Source of the DNA: Candidatus Poribacteria bacterium
GTDB taxonomy: Bacteria > Poribacteria > WGA-4E > WGA-3G
Direction of reading: 5' to 3'
Assembly: GCA_965208635.1 (NCBI GenBank)
Contig: OZ242349.1
Span: 4,925,696-4,989,695 of the forward strand
DNA: 64,000 bases
In this document: one piece after another, positions 17,583-27,159 of the stretch
Layout: every line of letters starts with the position of its first letter
How positions within the stretch are numbered: position 1 is the stretch's first letter
Notes under the pieces: generated by a model
The model's input: only the letters and a program-made list of their open reading frames with translations
Told to the model about the DNA's origin: nothing
Database searches by the model: none
Program-made: the position numbers and the translations under genes

Positions 17583-18686
17583 ATGGCGAAAGGAACAGTC
17601 CAGCCCCCTGAATCCCGATCCTTCATCGACCCACGCACCGGAACACAGATTCGGCAGGTGACGACCACATCTGCCGTGCACCATCACCCTTTTTTCATCA
17701 TACCCGCGTATGACGATGCGATGCAGCGGTTGATATTCGTCTCATACCGAACAGGGACACCACAGTTATTCGCAGAAGAACGGAGCACGGGTGAACTTCG
17801 CCAATTAACAGATAGACCTGACATATCAGAATGGTCGGTGCATCCCTCGCGCGATGGAAAAGCAGTCTACTTCACAGCAGGTACAAGCGGATGGAAAGTA
17901 GATTTGGAGACGCTTGAGGAGCGGGAACTCGTCAATTTCGCCGCGACGGCGATGCAGGATGAAGGCATGGTCGCTGCCGCTATGGGCACAACCGCTTTGA
18001 GTCACGACAACCGATGGTGGGCTATCAGATTCAAGATCGGTAAAGAATCCGCACTCGCTATCATAGATATAGACACCGGCAAGCACGACATAATCCTGCA
18101 GAGAGATAGCATTGGACACCTCCAATTCTGTCCCGATGATTCCAACCTGCTCTATTACGCAGGTCCCCTCACGGATCGGGTGTGGATAATTCATCGCGAC
18201 GGAAGCGGGAATCGTCGCCTCTATGCCCAGAACGTCGAAAAGAACGAATGGGTCACACATGAAACATGGATCCCAGGGACGCGTGAACTTGCTTTTGTCG
18301 ATTGGCCCCACGGCGTGAGATGTGTTAATGCTGATACCGGAATCGTTCGACAGGTGGCAACGCTCAACGCATGGCATGCCATTAGCAATCCCACAGGAAC
18401 ACTCATGGTAGCAGATACTAATTTCCCAGACATCGGCATCCAAATTTTTGATCCACGCGACGGTATCGGCGCACCGCAGACGTTATGTTATCCCAATGCT
18501 TCATCTATCGGTGAACATTGGAACCGACCGTTCCCGTATGCGGCAGGTCCAATTCAGGTCTATGCCCCACAGCATACACATCCACATCCGTCCTTCAGTC
18601 CAGATGGTAAGCATGTTGTATTCACATCTGATCGGAGTGGATATGCTCAAATTTACGAAGCAACCCTTAAAATAGTTAACAGTTAA
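17583..18686 (+). CDS. Beta-propeller protein, oligogalacturonide-lyase (PL22)-like / TolB-like
   Basis: The N-terminus MAKGTVQPP...DPRTGTQIRQVT...HHHPFF resembles the start of the Ogl family; repeated propeller-blade-like segments. Confidence 0.4.
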   Translation: MAKGTVQPPESRSFIDPRTGTQIRQVTTTSAVHHHPFFIIPAYDDAMQRLIFVSYRTGTPQLFAEERSTGELRQLTDRPDISEWSVHPSRDGKAVYFTAGTSGWKVDLETLEERELVNFAATAMQDEGMVAAAMGTTALSHDNRWWAIRFKIGKESALAIIDIDTGKHDIILQRDSIGHLQFCPDDSNLLYYAGPLTDRVWIIHRDGSGNRRLYAQNVEKNEWVTHETWIPGTRELAFVDWPHGVRCVNADTGIVRQVATLNAWHAISNPTGTLMVADTNFPDIGIQIFDPRDGIGAPQTLCYPNASSIGEHWNRPFPYAAGPIQVYAPQHTHPHPSFSPDGKHVVFTSDRSGYAQIYEATLKIVNS

Positions 18687-18764
18687 CAATCGTCAATCCC
18701 AAAAGACAACTTTTAAATGAAACCTCTTAACTGAAAACTGATAACTATAAAAAAGGAGAAAAAA

Positions 18765-20159
18765 ATGCCTACTGTCATACCGCGCCTCGTTGTTGAGGTG
18801 TTCCAACATACAAACTTCCGGGGCAGAATGGGATATGTTGTAGAGCCTGTTCCCTTTACACGAGACATCGGATTTCAAGACAATATCTCTTCTGTTCGCG
18901 TCTATAAGGGTCCGAACTTCTCGTCAAACCCGAACTACAAAGTTATCCTTTACCAGCATCGTCACTTCCGGGGTCAAAAGTTAGCACTTGGACCTGGATT
19001 TTACCCAAACCTCCATGACACCGCTTACAACTTCGCCGACAGAATTTCATCAATCAACTTCGGTTCCACACTGGAAGTGGTTGGACCAGAATGGGGCACT
19101 ATTCCCCTGATTGTGGACTGCTATGAACACGTCGAATTCCGAGGCAGGAAAATCACGATCCTGCGCGATATCGCCAACCTACGGGATGCGCAAGGCGGAA
19201 CTTGGTTCGAGGATCGGATTTCGTCAATCCGTATCTTCAAAGGACCAGATTTCCCACGCCATGGGGCGGAGGTCGTCTTTTACGAACACCCTGACTTTGA
19301 AGGCGCACCTCTACCTATCCGTATGGAACCCTCGGAATATAAAAAAGAATTGCCGAACCTCCATTTACTCCCTCAAAATTTCGGAGACTCCATCTCCGCT
19401 GTGAAGATCGAAGGATGGGCATCTTCAGGTGAGTTCACAGAGATGGTATTTGAAGATGAGTTCATCGGAAACCGTATGCGTCCGGAATGGCGATGGGATG
19501 ATCCGAAGGGCGGCGGCTCCTGGGCAGAACGCCAAGGCTACTTAGAAATGCGAACTGAACCCGGGCAAGACCTCTGGCACGGTCCAGATGGTAGAAGTGG
19601 CGATATGAGCGCACCACGTCTCCTCATGGAAGTCGCTGGTGACTTCGCTATTGAAACTCGCATGCGAATTTCGCCACAACTGAAAGAACACGGTGGCTTA
19701 TTAGTATGGAAAAACCCTAACCGATTCCTCAGACTTGAGAAAACCTCGGGACCACACGCTTTCAGAGGCGATGTCCGATTTGAACGCCATGTTGGACGTT
19801 CATTCAACTTACGCGGGCGCAGCGGTGGGCTTAGAAATGTCCGAGAACTCTTCCTACGCATGGAACGCAGAGGGAACCAATTCTCTGCTTTCGCCAGCAG
19901 TGACGGCATCCAATGGAAAAGCTGTGGACAAACGAATGTCGGCATGGGACGTTCAGTGCATGTTGGATTACACGCACTATGTCCAGGGAACATCCCGCCA
20001 ACCTTAAGTCGTTTCGACTTCTTCCGAGTGTTCAAGCGGAAGAGCGAAGTCGCTGAATACCGTCCCATCGTTTCTGAACAACAGGGTCGACTGTCTGATG
20101 AAGAACGTGAACGTCAAATCGCCGATCGACGAGAACGCGCCATGCGCGACATGTTTTAG
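18765..20159 (+). CDS. Protein with three N-terminal beta/gamma-crystallin (Greek-key) domains plus a C-terminal concanavalin-like (DUF1349-like) domain
   Basis: Three repeats of the Y/F-x-H/E-x-N/D-F-x-G...DRISS(I/V)R signature (VILYQHRHFRGQ...ADRISSINF; VVFYEHPDFEG...GDSISAVKI). C-terminal APRLLMEVAGDFAIETRM...GGLLVW block. AAGGAG RBS. Confidence 0.5.
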   Translation: MPTVIPRLVVEVFQHTNFRGRMGYVVEPVPFTRDIGFQDNISSVRVYKGPNFSSNPNYKVILYQHRHFRGQKLALGPGFYPNLHDTAYNFADRISSINFGSTLEVVGPEWGTIPLIVDCYEHVEFRGRKITILRDIANLRDAQGGTWFEDRISSIRIFKGPDFPRHGAEVVFYEHPDFEGAPLPIRMEPSEYKKELPNLHLLPQNFGDSISAVKIEGWASSGEFTEMVFEDEFIGNRMRPEWRWDDPKGGGSWAERQGYLEMRTEPGQDLWHGPDGRSGDMSAPRLLMEVAGDFAIETRMRISPQLKEHGGLLVWKNPNRFLRLEKTSGPHAFRGDVRFERHVGRSFNLRGRSGGLRNVRELFLRMERRGNQFSAFASSDGIQWKSCGQTNVGMGRSVHVGLHALCPGNIPPTLSRFDFFRVFKRKSEVAEYRPIVSEQQGRLSDEERERQIADRRERAMRDMF

Positions 20160-20241
20160 AATAGTTTTAACCATCTACTCGTGCCTTTGAATATTGTATC
20201 GGAGGCGAATAGATGGTTAAAGTCGTCAGTTAAGAGGTGTT

Positions 20242-20266
20242 AGAACTACCGTAGTTCTCTTTTAAC
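20242..20266 (+). terminator. Candidate intrinsic terminator hairpin AGAACTAC c GTAGTTCT followed by CTTTTAA
   Basis: 8-bp stem then a T-rich tract, 83 nt after the stop of the 18765 gene. Confidence 0.3.
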
Positions 20267-20315
20267 TGATAACTGACGACGAATCACTTTATCAATTAGA
20301 AGGAGGGAATCAATC

Positions 20316-21191
20316 ATGCGTCTGAAAAACAGTGTCTATCCTCAGAACAGACAATTTGTGAAATACTCACGACTCTACATCGTAACCTTTCTCCTTCTCG
20401 CGTGCCTCCTATGGAACGCGCAACCCACCGGAGCGATTATCGGTGCGGTTGAAGATGGTTTAATCGCTTACTGGTCCTTCGACAAAGACACAGTAAAAAT
20501 TAAAAAAGAGGCGGTAGATATCTTGTCAGGACTTGTTGCCGCTGTTCATGGGGATCCCGAAGCTGCACCTGCCGGCGATTGCAAAGTCGGTGAGTGCATC
20601 CTTTTTGATGGAAGTGTTGATCGCCTCCTCGTTGAAGACTCAAACCCAGCAAAAATCGATCGTGACTGGGAAGAGATCACCCTCGAATGTTGGGCATATA
20701 TCAACGCCTTGGACGACAGTTGGAATCGGATTATCTCACTTGACAATATGCCAACCAACACTGCTGTCGCGAGCCTCTATTACGACGATGACGACAACCA
20801 ACACGGTTTTTTCGTCAGATCCGGCGGTAAAAATACGGTGGCAGCACAGGACAACGTCCTGGAGGACATTCCACTTGAAGAGTGGTTGCACCTCGTAGGC
20901 ACCTATGATGGCGCAACGGTTCACTATTATGTGAATGGAAAACAGGAAAAAAAGTACGCCATGAAGGGTGGTAAGATTGCCAAAGGAGGGCTCCTCCTCG
21001 GCATCGGAGATCGATCAGATGGGTGCGATTGCGATACCATCCAGGGGTATATTGACGAATTTCGCATCTACGATCGCGTCCTGAGCATCGCAGAGGTCGA
21101 GAACAACATGAAAGCCACAGGGCTTGATGTCAGTCCTTCCGCAAGCAAACTAAGCGTTACATGGGGGCACATCAAATCAAGACGAAGGTAG
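20316..21191 (+). CDS. Secreted LamG-like (Laminin_G_3, concanavalin-like) protein; paralog 1 of 4 with a conserved C-terminal tail
   Basis: Signal-peptide-like N-terminus; LIAYWSFD...GDC..GE...FDG...WAYI...IDEFRIYDRVLSIAEVE LamG_3 pattern; C-terminus ...KLSVTWGHIKSRRR; AGGAGGG RBS. Confidence 0.65.
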   Translation: MRLKNSVYPQNRQFVKYSRLYIVTFLLLACLLWNAQPTGAIIGAVEDGLIAYWSFDKDTVKIKKEAVDILSGLVAAVHGDPEAAPAGDCKVGECILFDGSVDRLLVEDSNPAKIDRDWEEITLECWAYINALDDSWNRIISLDNMPTNTAVASLYYDDDDNQHGFFVRSGGKNTVAAQDNVLEDIPLEEWLHLVGTYDGATVHYYVNGKQEKKYAMKGGKIAKGGLLLGIGDRSDGCDCDTIQGYIDEFRIYDRVLSIAEVENNMKATGLDVSPSASKLSVTWGHIKSRRR

Positions 21192-21293
21192 ATAACCAAA
21201 GCTTGTAAGCCCAAGCAACGCGCCGGGCTGGATATACGTTTAGGCATGTTTTTACTAAGCCTGCCTAAACGAACCGCAAGGAAAATTAAAAAT

Positions 21294-22301
21294 ATGGAAA
21301 CGATTGGAGTTGGTGTTATTGGATGCGGTGGCATGGGCAGAAGCCTTGCCACCAGCGCACACGCTGTTGAGGGAATAGCGGTCATCTCCGTCAGTGATGT
21401 GCAAGAAGCATTGGCTGAAAAACTTGCTACAGACCTTGGTGTGTCCTATACGTTAGACTACCACGAATTACTCGCCGATGATCGGATTCGTGCAGTCCTA
21501 ATCGCGTCACCGCCGTTTATGCACTCACCGATGGCAGTCGATGCCGCGAACGCAGGAAAACACGTTTTTTCCGAAAAACCGATGGCGCCCACGTTGGAGG
21601 CTTGCGACGCTATGATTGCCGCCGCAGAGGATAACGGTGTCAAACTTACCATCGGTTTGGTATGTCGCTATCACGGGACGCATTCCGTTGTTCGCGAAAT
21701 CGTTCAGAGCGGAGAACTCGGTGCCCCTGCCTGTATGATGGTGCATCGCATCGGTGGATCGTGGGGTAGTGGGTATAGTCACACACCATGGCGACTGGAA
21801 CGTGCGAAGTCTGGTGGGACCCTCATGGAAATCAACGCCCACGAAGTCGACTTTATGCGCTGGACCTGTGGTGATGTAACATCCGTCTATGCCGCCGGTG
21901 GACAATACGGACCAGATAAAAGCGACTATCCAGATGTGGTGCTTGCTTCCTTGCAGTTTGCAAACGGAGCAATCGGCTTGCTCCATTCCAGTCATGTCTC
22001 CGCTGTTGGTGGTTATGGCGGACGGGTCGATTGTGAAGGTGGTTCCATCTATTTTCCACAGATATGGGGAGGCGATGCCGCCATCCAGATAAAACCTTTT
22101 GAGGGTGAAGGACGACAGATTAAAGTGGCAGATATTAAGGTGCCGCCGCCGGTTCAAGAAGAGATTCGCGTCTTCGCAGAAGCAATCCGTAACGACACGT
22201 CACCACCTATCACAGGTTTAGACGGTCGCGCCGCCGCTGAAATCGCATTAGCCGCATATCAATCTGTTGAGAGTGGACAACCCGTACCGTTGCCCCTTTA
22301 A
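21294..22301 (+). CDS. Gfo/Idh/MocA family oxidoreductase
   Basis: METIGVGVIGCGGMG Rossmann start; ATG at 21294 after the conserved leader CGAACCGCAAGGAAAATTAAAAAT. The ORF-track ATG at 21246 would add 16 non-Rossmann residues. Confidence 0.65.
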   Translation: METIGVGVIGCGGMGRSLATSAHAVEGIAVISVSDVQEALAEKLATDLGVSYTLDYHELLADDRIRAVLIASPPFMHSPMAVDAANAGKHVFSEKPMAPTLEACDAMIAAAEDNGVKLTIGLVCRYHGTHSVVREIVQSGELGAPACMMVHRIGGSWGSGYSHTPWRLERAKSGGTLMEINAHEVDFMRWTCGDVTSVYAAGGQYGPDKSDYPDVVLASLQFANGAIGLLHSSHVSAVGGYGGRVDCEGGSIYFPQIWGGDAAIQIKPFEGEGRQIKVADIKVPPPVQEEIRVFAEAIRNDTSPPITGLDGRAAAEIALAAYQSVESGQPVPLPL

Positions 22302-22430
22302 TGGCAAGTGGTTTTCTGCTTCTCTTCATAAACATCAAATTGCAAGCCCGTAATGAAATGGAGGGCGGATCTACGGCAGGGGACGTGAACGCTTAACCCC
22401 CTTGAACGAACCGCAAGGAATAATTAAAAC

Positions 22431-23369
22431 ATGAAAATTTCAGTCTGGGACGGTGGACTTTCAGATAGCTACCTCAAACAGGTCACACAACTCGGGGCAG
22501 ACTGTATCGACTTCGGAGGCGGTAACGCCTTTCCCGGGGTCGAAGAACAAGGTTACCCGGATTTGGATGAGGTCCTGAAAATCAAAAAACGGATCCGATC
22601 CTGGGGACTCGACATCAACCGTGTAACACTCCCGAATATCACAGAAAAGTTTATGCAGGGTCAACCCGATGGTGAAAAAGAATTAGAGAACACCTGTAAT
22701 GCCCTCCGGGTTTTCGCAGAAGCCGGCGTCCCTATCGCACGCCAAAGGTTTTGGGGTGATACATTTGACTACCTCATGACGCGTTATTCATCCGTACATA
22801 GGGGCGGTTACACCTCCCGTGGCGAAAGCCGCGCCGCAACCCAAAATCCACCACCGACACCGACGATGGAAGCCCTTGACGAGTGGTGGAAACGTTTCAC
22901 CGAAATCTACGGAGCACTCGTTCCTATCGCCGATGAATACGACATTAAACTCGCTATCCATCCATCAGACGTGCCGAATCCTGATACACCGCTCGGCAGT
23001 CTCGGATTCCACCGTGTCACCGATACCTTTCCCAGCAGGAACGTGGGCTATCTCTATTGTTGCGGCACTCGGGCGGAAGCCGGTGGCAGTGCGATTGTCC
23101 TTGACGAAATCAATAACTACGGACGTAAAGGGCGTATCTTCATGGTTCATCTACGGAACGTCCGCGGTAGCCTGGCAACAGCCGGAGCGTTTGAGGAAGT
23201 CCTGCTTGACGATGGTGATATGAATGCTTTCAAAATCGTCCGAGAATTACAAAAGGTCGGATTTGACGGATGCATCAACGCCGATCACATCCCGAAATTG
23301 GAAGGCGATGTTGGATTAGCTTACTCCGTCGGCTACATCAAGGCACTGTTCGCGGCACTGGCGGCATAA
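22431..23369 (+). CDS. Xylose-isomerase-like TIM-barrel protein (possibly UxuA/mannonate-dehydratase-like)
   Basis: ATG directly after the same CGAACCGCAAGGAATAATTAAAAC leader; weak family-level resemblance only. Confidence 0.4.
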   Translation: MKISVWDGGLSDSYLKQVTQLGADCIDFGGGNAFPGVEEQGYPDLDEVLKIKKRIRSWGLDINRVTLPNITEKFMQGQPDGEKELENTCNALRVFAEAGVPIARQRFWGDTFDYLMTRYSSVHRGGYTSRGESRAATQNPPPTPTMEALDEWWKRFTEIYGALVPIADEYDIKLAIHPSDVPNPDTPLGSLGFHRVTDTFPSRNVGYLYCCGTRAEAGGSAIVLDEINNYGRKGRIFMVHLRNVRGSLATAGAFEEVLLDDGDMNAFKIVRELQKVGFDGCINADHIPKLEGDVGLAYSVGYIKALFAALAA

Positions 23370-23508
23370 CCCTTAAAAATCCGTAAAGTAGCTTCCAAAG
23401 CTTACCTCTCGCAGGCAAGATTCCCTATACCTCAAAACATTTGGAGATTTAACGAAAAATCTGCCTTAGAGGAGAGGAATACCAACAAATAAGGTTCCTA
23501 TTGTCGCT

Positions 23509-24303
23509 ATGATCCAAACTCTTTTTTTTCGTGCGCAGTTTCACGCCCTCGTTCTGTTCTATTGCCTCTTACCCATAGTAACACAAGCACAACTGCCACG
23601 TGATGAACTTGTTCTCTATATGTCCTTTGACGATCCCCAAAGTAATGAAGTTATAGATGGTTCGACATCCAGGAATGACGGAACGATTATGGAAGCATCT
23701 ATTGCGAAGGGCAAGGGTAAGTATGGCGACGCGATGGAATTCAAAGGTAGAGATAATTATGTCCTAATCAGGAATTCTGAGTCCCTCTCAATGGCAGATG
23801 AAGTCACGATTGCTGCTTGGGTTAACTGGAATGATGCGCCTGGAGACGGCTGGCTGTGTATAATGGCAAATGGAACGCAAGGTGGACCGTGGGAGAATTA
23901 CGGGCTCTTTGTTAATCGCGGCAATCGCTACTTCTATTTTACGCTCTCGGCAGGTGGTAAAGGGGCACACAGGGTGATGAATTCCGGCCATAACACTACT
24001 GAACCTGGAAAATGGACCCACTGTGCCTGTACTTATGATGGCAACAGTGCCAAAATCTACATTGATGGAAATTTGGTGAATACAGTACCTCATGGGGCTG
24101 AATTGACTGCTGGAGATCAGGACCTGCGACTTGGCCATCGTGATGGGAGTAACCATTGGTACAACGGCTATCTTGATGAGGTAGTAGTATTCTCAGTTGC
24201 TTTAGATGCAGATCAAGTTAAAGAGTTGAAAAATAACATCGTCGATGTCAAAGTGAGCGGTAAGTTAACGACAGTCTGGGCGAAAGTAAAGAGTAGAACA
24301 TAG
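23509..24303 (+). CDS. Secreted LamG-like (Laminin_G_3) protein; paralog 2
   Basis: Signal peptide (LVLFYCLLPIVTQAQ); LVLYMSFDD...DGS...GKYGDAMEF.G...AAWVNW...YLDEVVVFSVALDADQV; C-terminus KLTTVWAKVKSRT. Confidence 0.65.
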   Translation: MIQTLFFRAQFHALVLFYCLLPIVTQAQLPRDELVLYMSFDDPQSNEVIDGSTSRNDGTIMEASIAKGKGKYGDAMEFKGRDNYVLIRNSESLSMADEVTIAAWVNWNDAPGDGWLCIMANGTQGGPWENYGLFVNRGNRYFYFTLSAGGKGAHRVMNSGHNTTEPGKWTHCACTYDGNSAKIYIDGNLVNTVPHGAELTAGDQDLRLGHRDGSNHWYNGYLDEVVVFSVALDADQVKELKNNIVDVKVSGKLTTVWAKVKSRT

Positions 24304-24493
24304 CCCAATGTCTTGTGCTATACCATCGCTTCCAGTTCGACAGAAAATCTCCAAATTTGAACGAAAATTGCGTCGTCAACATTAATTGTGCGAATCTACT
24401 TCGCAAGAGCCAGCCTAAAAGATTCAGAGCCATTTAGTTTATATATTTACTTTATATCTGTGAATATTTTTTACTCTTTTTAACTCCCTCAAC

Positions 24494-24521
24494 TCGGTAG
24501 GAGCGGTTTCTAACCGCTCCG
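24494..24521. repeat. REP-like hairpin, copy 4, variant GGAGCGGTT tct AACCGCTCC with a compensatory stem change
   Basis: Read directly; the T-to-A change in the left arm is matched by an A-to-T change in the right arm relative to the other three copies. Confidence 0.5.
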
Positions 24522-24604
24522 AATCGTCAAAAGAAGCGTAAAAACCCGAATAAATTCTTAAAACTAAATGACCCTGTAAAAGATTTGACATAGATTGAAA
24601 TTCA

Positions 24605-25660
24605 GTGTATACTTGCCAAAATGAGTCTTTCGATTGTAATAATGTGCCTGTGTACACCTTAGATCCCTTGACCCCTCAAACCCAAGAGAAATGGGATGCC
24701 ACGCTTCGGCAATGTCCGGATGCGACTGCCTTTCAAAGTCTGGCATGGCGAGATGCATTAGCGAATGCGTTCAGCCAACTCACCCCAACTTACCTGCTCA
24801 TCAATCAAGCTAATTCAGTGATAGGTGGGTTGCCTGCTTTCGTTTTTCAACCCATACCGAGCATCCGTCTATGGCATTCAATGCCGTGGAATCTGTTTGG
24901 CGGTGTACACCTTATCGAATCAGTAGAAATAAATCCTGAAATACTACTAAAGTCCATTGAAACCGCAGCAGTAGCAAAGGGGTGGTGTGAAATTCGTTGG
25001 ACGCTGACCCCCAAGTGCACCGCAATCTATGGTAATCTCTTCACTGAAATGGGCTACGCGCGGACAGATCACTTCACGCATCTTTTGAAAACGAACGGAG
25101 ATGTTGAATCCCTCTGGCATGCCTATAACAAACGGGTACGGGGTGCCGTCAGAAAGGCAGAAAAATCGGGTGTGACGGTTACGGACAGTGAAGAGGCGTT
25201 ATCAACCTTTTACGACATGTATCTCATCACAGTCAAACGGTTAGGGGGCACCCCGAAACCGTGTGCGCTTATGCAGACACTCCTGGAGCGGAAAATCGCC
25301 AAACTTGCTATCGCTATATATCGCGGCACGATTATCGCAGGACTTCTCTATCTACACTTCAATAAGACTGTAACGTTATGGTGTGAAGCATCTGTGCCAG
25401 CGTTCTTGAAATATCGTCCTAACAACGCGATTTTCCACCACATCATCACACAAGCGTGTCGTGAACAATACGAATGGGTGGATTTTGGAGCATCTCCACC
25501 AGAGAACACAGGTTTAATTGCCCATAAGGAACAGTATCGCGCAGTCCGGACAAACTTCGCCAGTTACACAAAGGTCATTTCGCCACTGAAAAGGGCGTTG
25601 TGGACAAAGAGTGAAGGGGCACTTCGCCAAATTTATACATGGATGCAAAGGAGTGGTTAA
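24605..25660 (+). CDS. FemAB-like / BioF2-like GNAT-fold acyltransferase (Acetyltransf_6-like)
   Basis: Size and general pattern (two GNAT-like halves; LAWRDAL...; HHIITQACREQYEWVDFG). The ORF-track start is a GTG; the true start is unclear. Confidence 0.4.
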   Translation: MYTCQNESFDCNNVPVYTLDPLTPQTQEKWDATLRQCPDATAFQSLAWRDALANAFSQLTPTYLLINQANSVIGGLPAFVFQPIPSIRLWHSMPWNLFGGVHLIESVEINPEILLKSIETAAVAKGWCEIRWTLTPKCTAIYGNLFTEMGYARTDHFTHLLKTNGDVESLWHAYNKRVRGAVRKAEKSGVTVTDSEEALSTFYDMYLITVKRLGGTPKPCALMQTLLERKIAKLAIAIYRGTIIAGLLYLHFNKTVTLWCEASVPAFLKYRPNNAIFHHIITQACREQYEWVDFGASPPENTGLIAHKEQYRAVRTNFASYTKVISPLKRALWTKSEGALRQIYTWMQRSG

Positions 25661-25752
25661 CGGTTATCAGCTGTTAGTTGTTGGAAGAATGGTTTTCAGT
25701 TCGCTTAACCATCTATCTGAAAACTGATAACTGAAACTGACAACTATAAATA

Positions 25753-27111
25753 ATGAAAACTACTCGTAAACCCAATTTAATCTTCGTTTTCGGGGACCAG
25801 CATCGCCAATGTGATGTCGGATGCGCAGGAAATCCACAAGTCCAAACGCCTGCGATGGATAAACTCGCACAGGAAGGGATGTTCTTTCCCAATACCTTCA
25901 CCAATGTCCCGATATGCGTGCCAGCACGCGGATGTCTGATGACAGGCAAATATCCGTTGAATCACAAAGCTGTCTCCAATGATCTACCACTCCCGCTAAC
26001 AGAAACTGGCATCGCAGAGGTATTCAGAGAAGCAGACTACGCCACAGGTTACATCGGCAAATGGCACCTCGGCGGTATGCCGAGAGACAAGTTCATCACA
26101 CCTGAGATGCGCTTCGGCTTCGATCATTGGGTCGGATGGAATTGTCACCACGACTATTTCAATGCCCCTTACCACGATTCCGATGGAAATCAGATGCAGA
26201 TTGACGACTATGAACCGGAATTTCAGACCGACAAAGCCATTGAATACTGCCGAGAGCATGCCGATGAACCCTTCTGTCTCTATATGAGTTGGGGACCACC
26301 ACACAATCCGTATGAACACGTGCCGGAACGTTACACAGCGATGTATCCACCCGAAGAAATTCAGTTGCGCCCGAACGCCGTGGACACACCCGAAACGCGG
26401 AAAGATCTATCCGGCTACTACGCGCATATCACGGCTCTGGATGAAAATCTCGGACGTTTGATGACCGCGCTCGACGAAATTGGTATCGCTGACGATACGA
26501 TCCTTGTGTACACGTCTGACCACGGTGATATGCTCGGTAGCCACGGACATGTCAGGAAAGAACGTCCGTGGGACGAATCCAGTCGTATTCCTTTCATGAC
26601 GCGTTGGCCCCGCAAAATTCCAGCAGGCGTTACCCGCGACACCTTGCTAAGTCTCGTCGATTTCATGCCGTCAATGCTGTCGCTGTGCGATTTACCGATT
26701 CCAGACGGAGTGGAAGGTATAGACCTTTCAGAAGCAATGCTCGGTAACACAATTGACGAACCACAATCCGTCCTGCTTGAAGTTCCATTGCACGGAAGTG
26801 AAGGATTTAACTTCGGTATTCGTGAGTGGCGTGGTGTTCGCACGCATCGCTATACCTACGCGCGCCACTACGACGGAACGGGATGGTTGCTTTACGACAA
26901 CGACAACGATCCCTATCAGTTGAACAATCTCATCGACGATGAAGACTCACAAGACCTTCGCGTAGAACTCGAAGCGGAACTCCAACGATGGTTAACCCAT
27001 GTAAACGATCCGTGTCTGTCCGGACTGGAACACATCCGGCAACTCGGCTTATCAGAGTTGTGGAATATCAGCGAACAACGGTTCGGTGGAAGAAATCCGC
27101 GTTGGGCATAA
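25753..27111 (+). CDS. Sulfatase (formylglycine-dependent arylsulfatase family)
   Basis: CVPARGCLMTGKYP matches the C-x-P-x-R sulfatase signature with downstream GKWHLG and SDHGD motifs. Confidence 0.8.
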   Translation: MKTTRKPNLIFVFGDQHRQCDVGCAGNPQVQTPAMDKLAQEGMFFPNTFTNVPICVPARGCLMTGKYPLNHKAVSNDLPLPLTETGIAEVFREADYATGYIGKWHLGGMPRDKFITPEMRFGFDHWVGWNCHHDYFNAPYHDSDGNQMQIDDYEPEFQTDKAIEYCREHADEPFCLYMSWGPPHNPYEHVPERYTAMYPPEEIQLRPNAVDTPETRKDLSGYYAHITALDENLGRLMTALDEIGIADDTILVYTSDHGDMLGSHGHVRKERPWDESSRIPFMTRWPRKIPAGVTRDTLLSLVDFMPSMLSLCDLPIPDGVEGIDLSEAMLGNTIDEPQSVLLEVPLHGSEGFNFGIREWRGVRTHRYTYARHYDGTGWLLYDNDNDPYQLNNLIDDEDSQDLRVELEAELQRWLTHVNDPCLSGLEHIRQLGLSELWNISEQRFGGRNPRWA

Positions 27112-27159
27112 TTTTCTAATTGTGCTTTATCACAAAGATAACATAGGAGATACCAGCCC

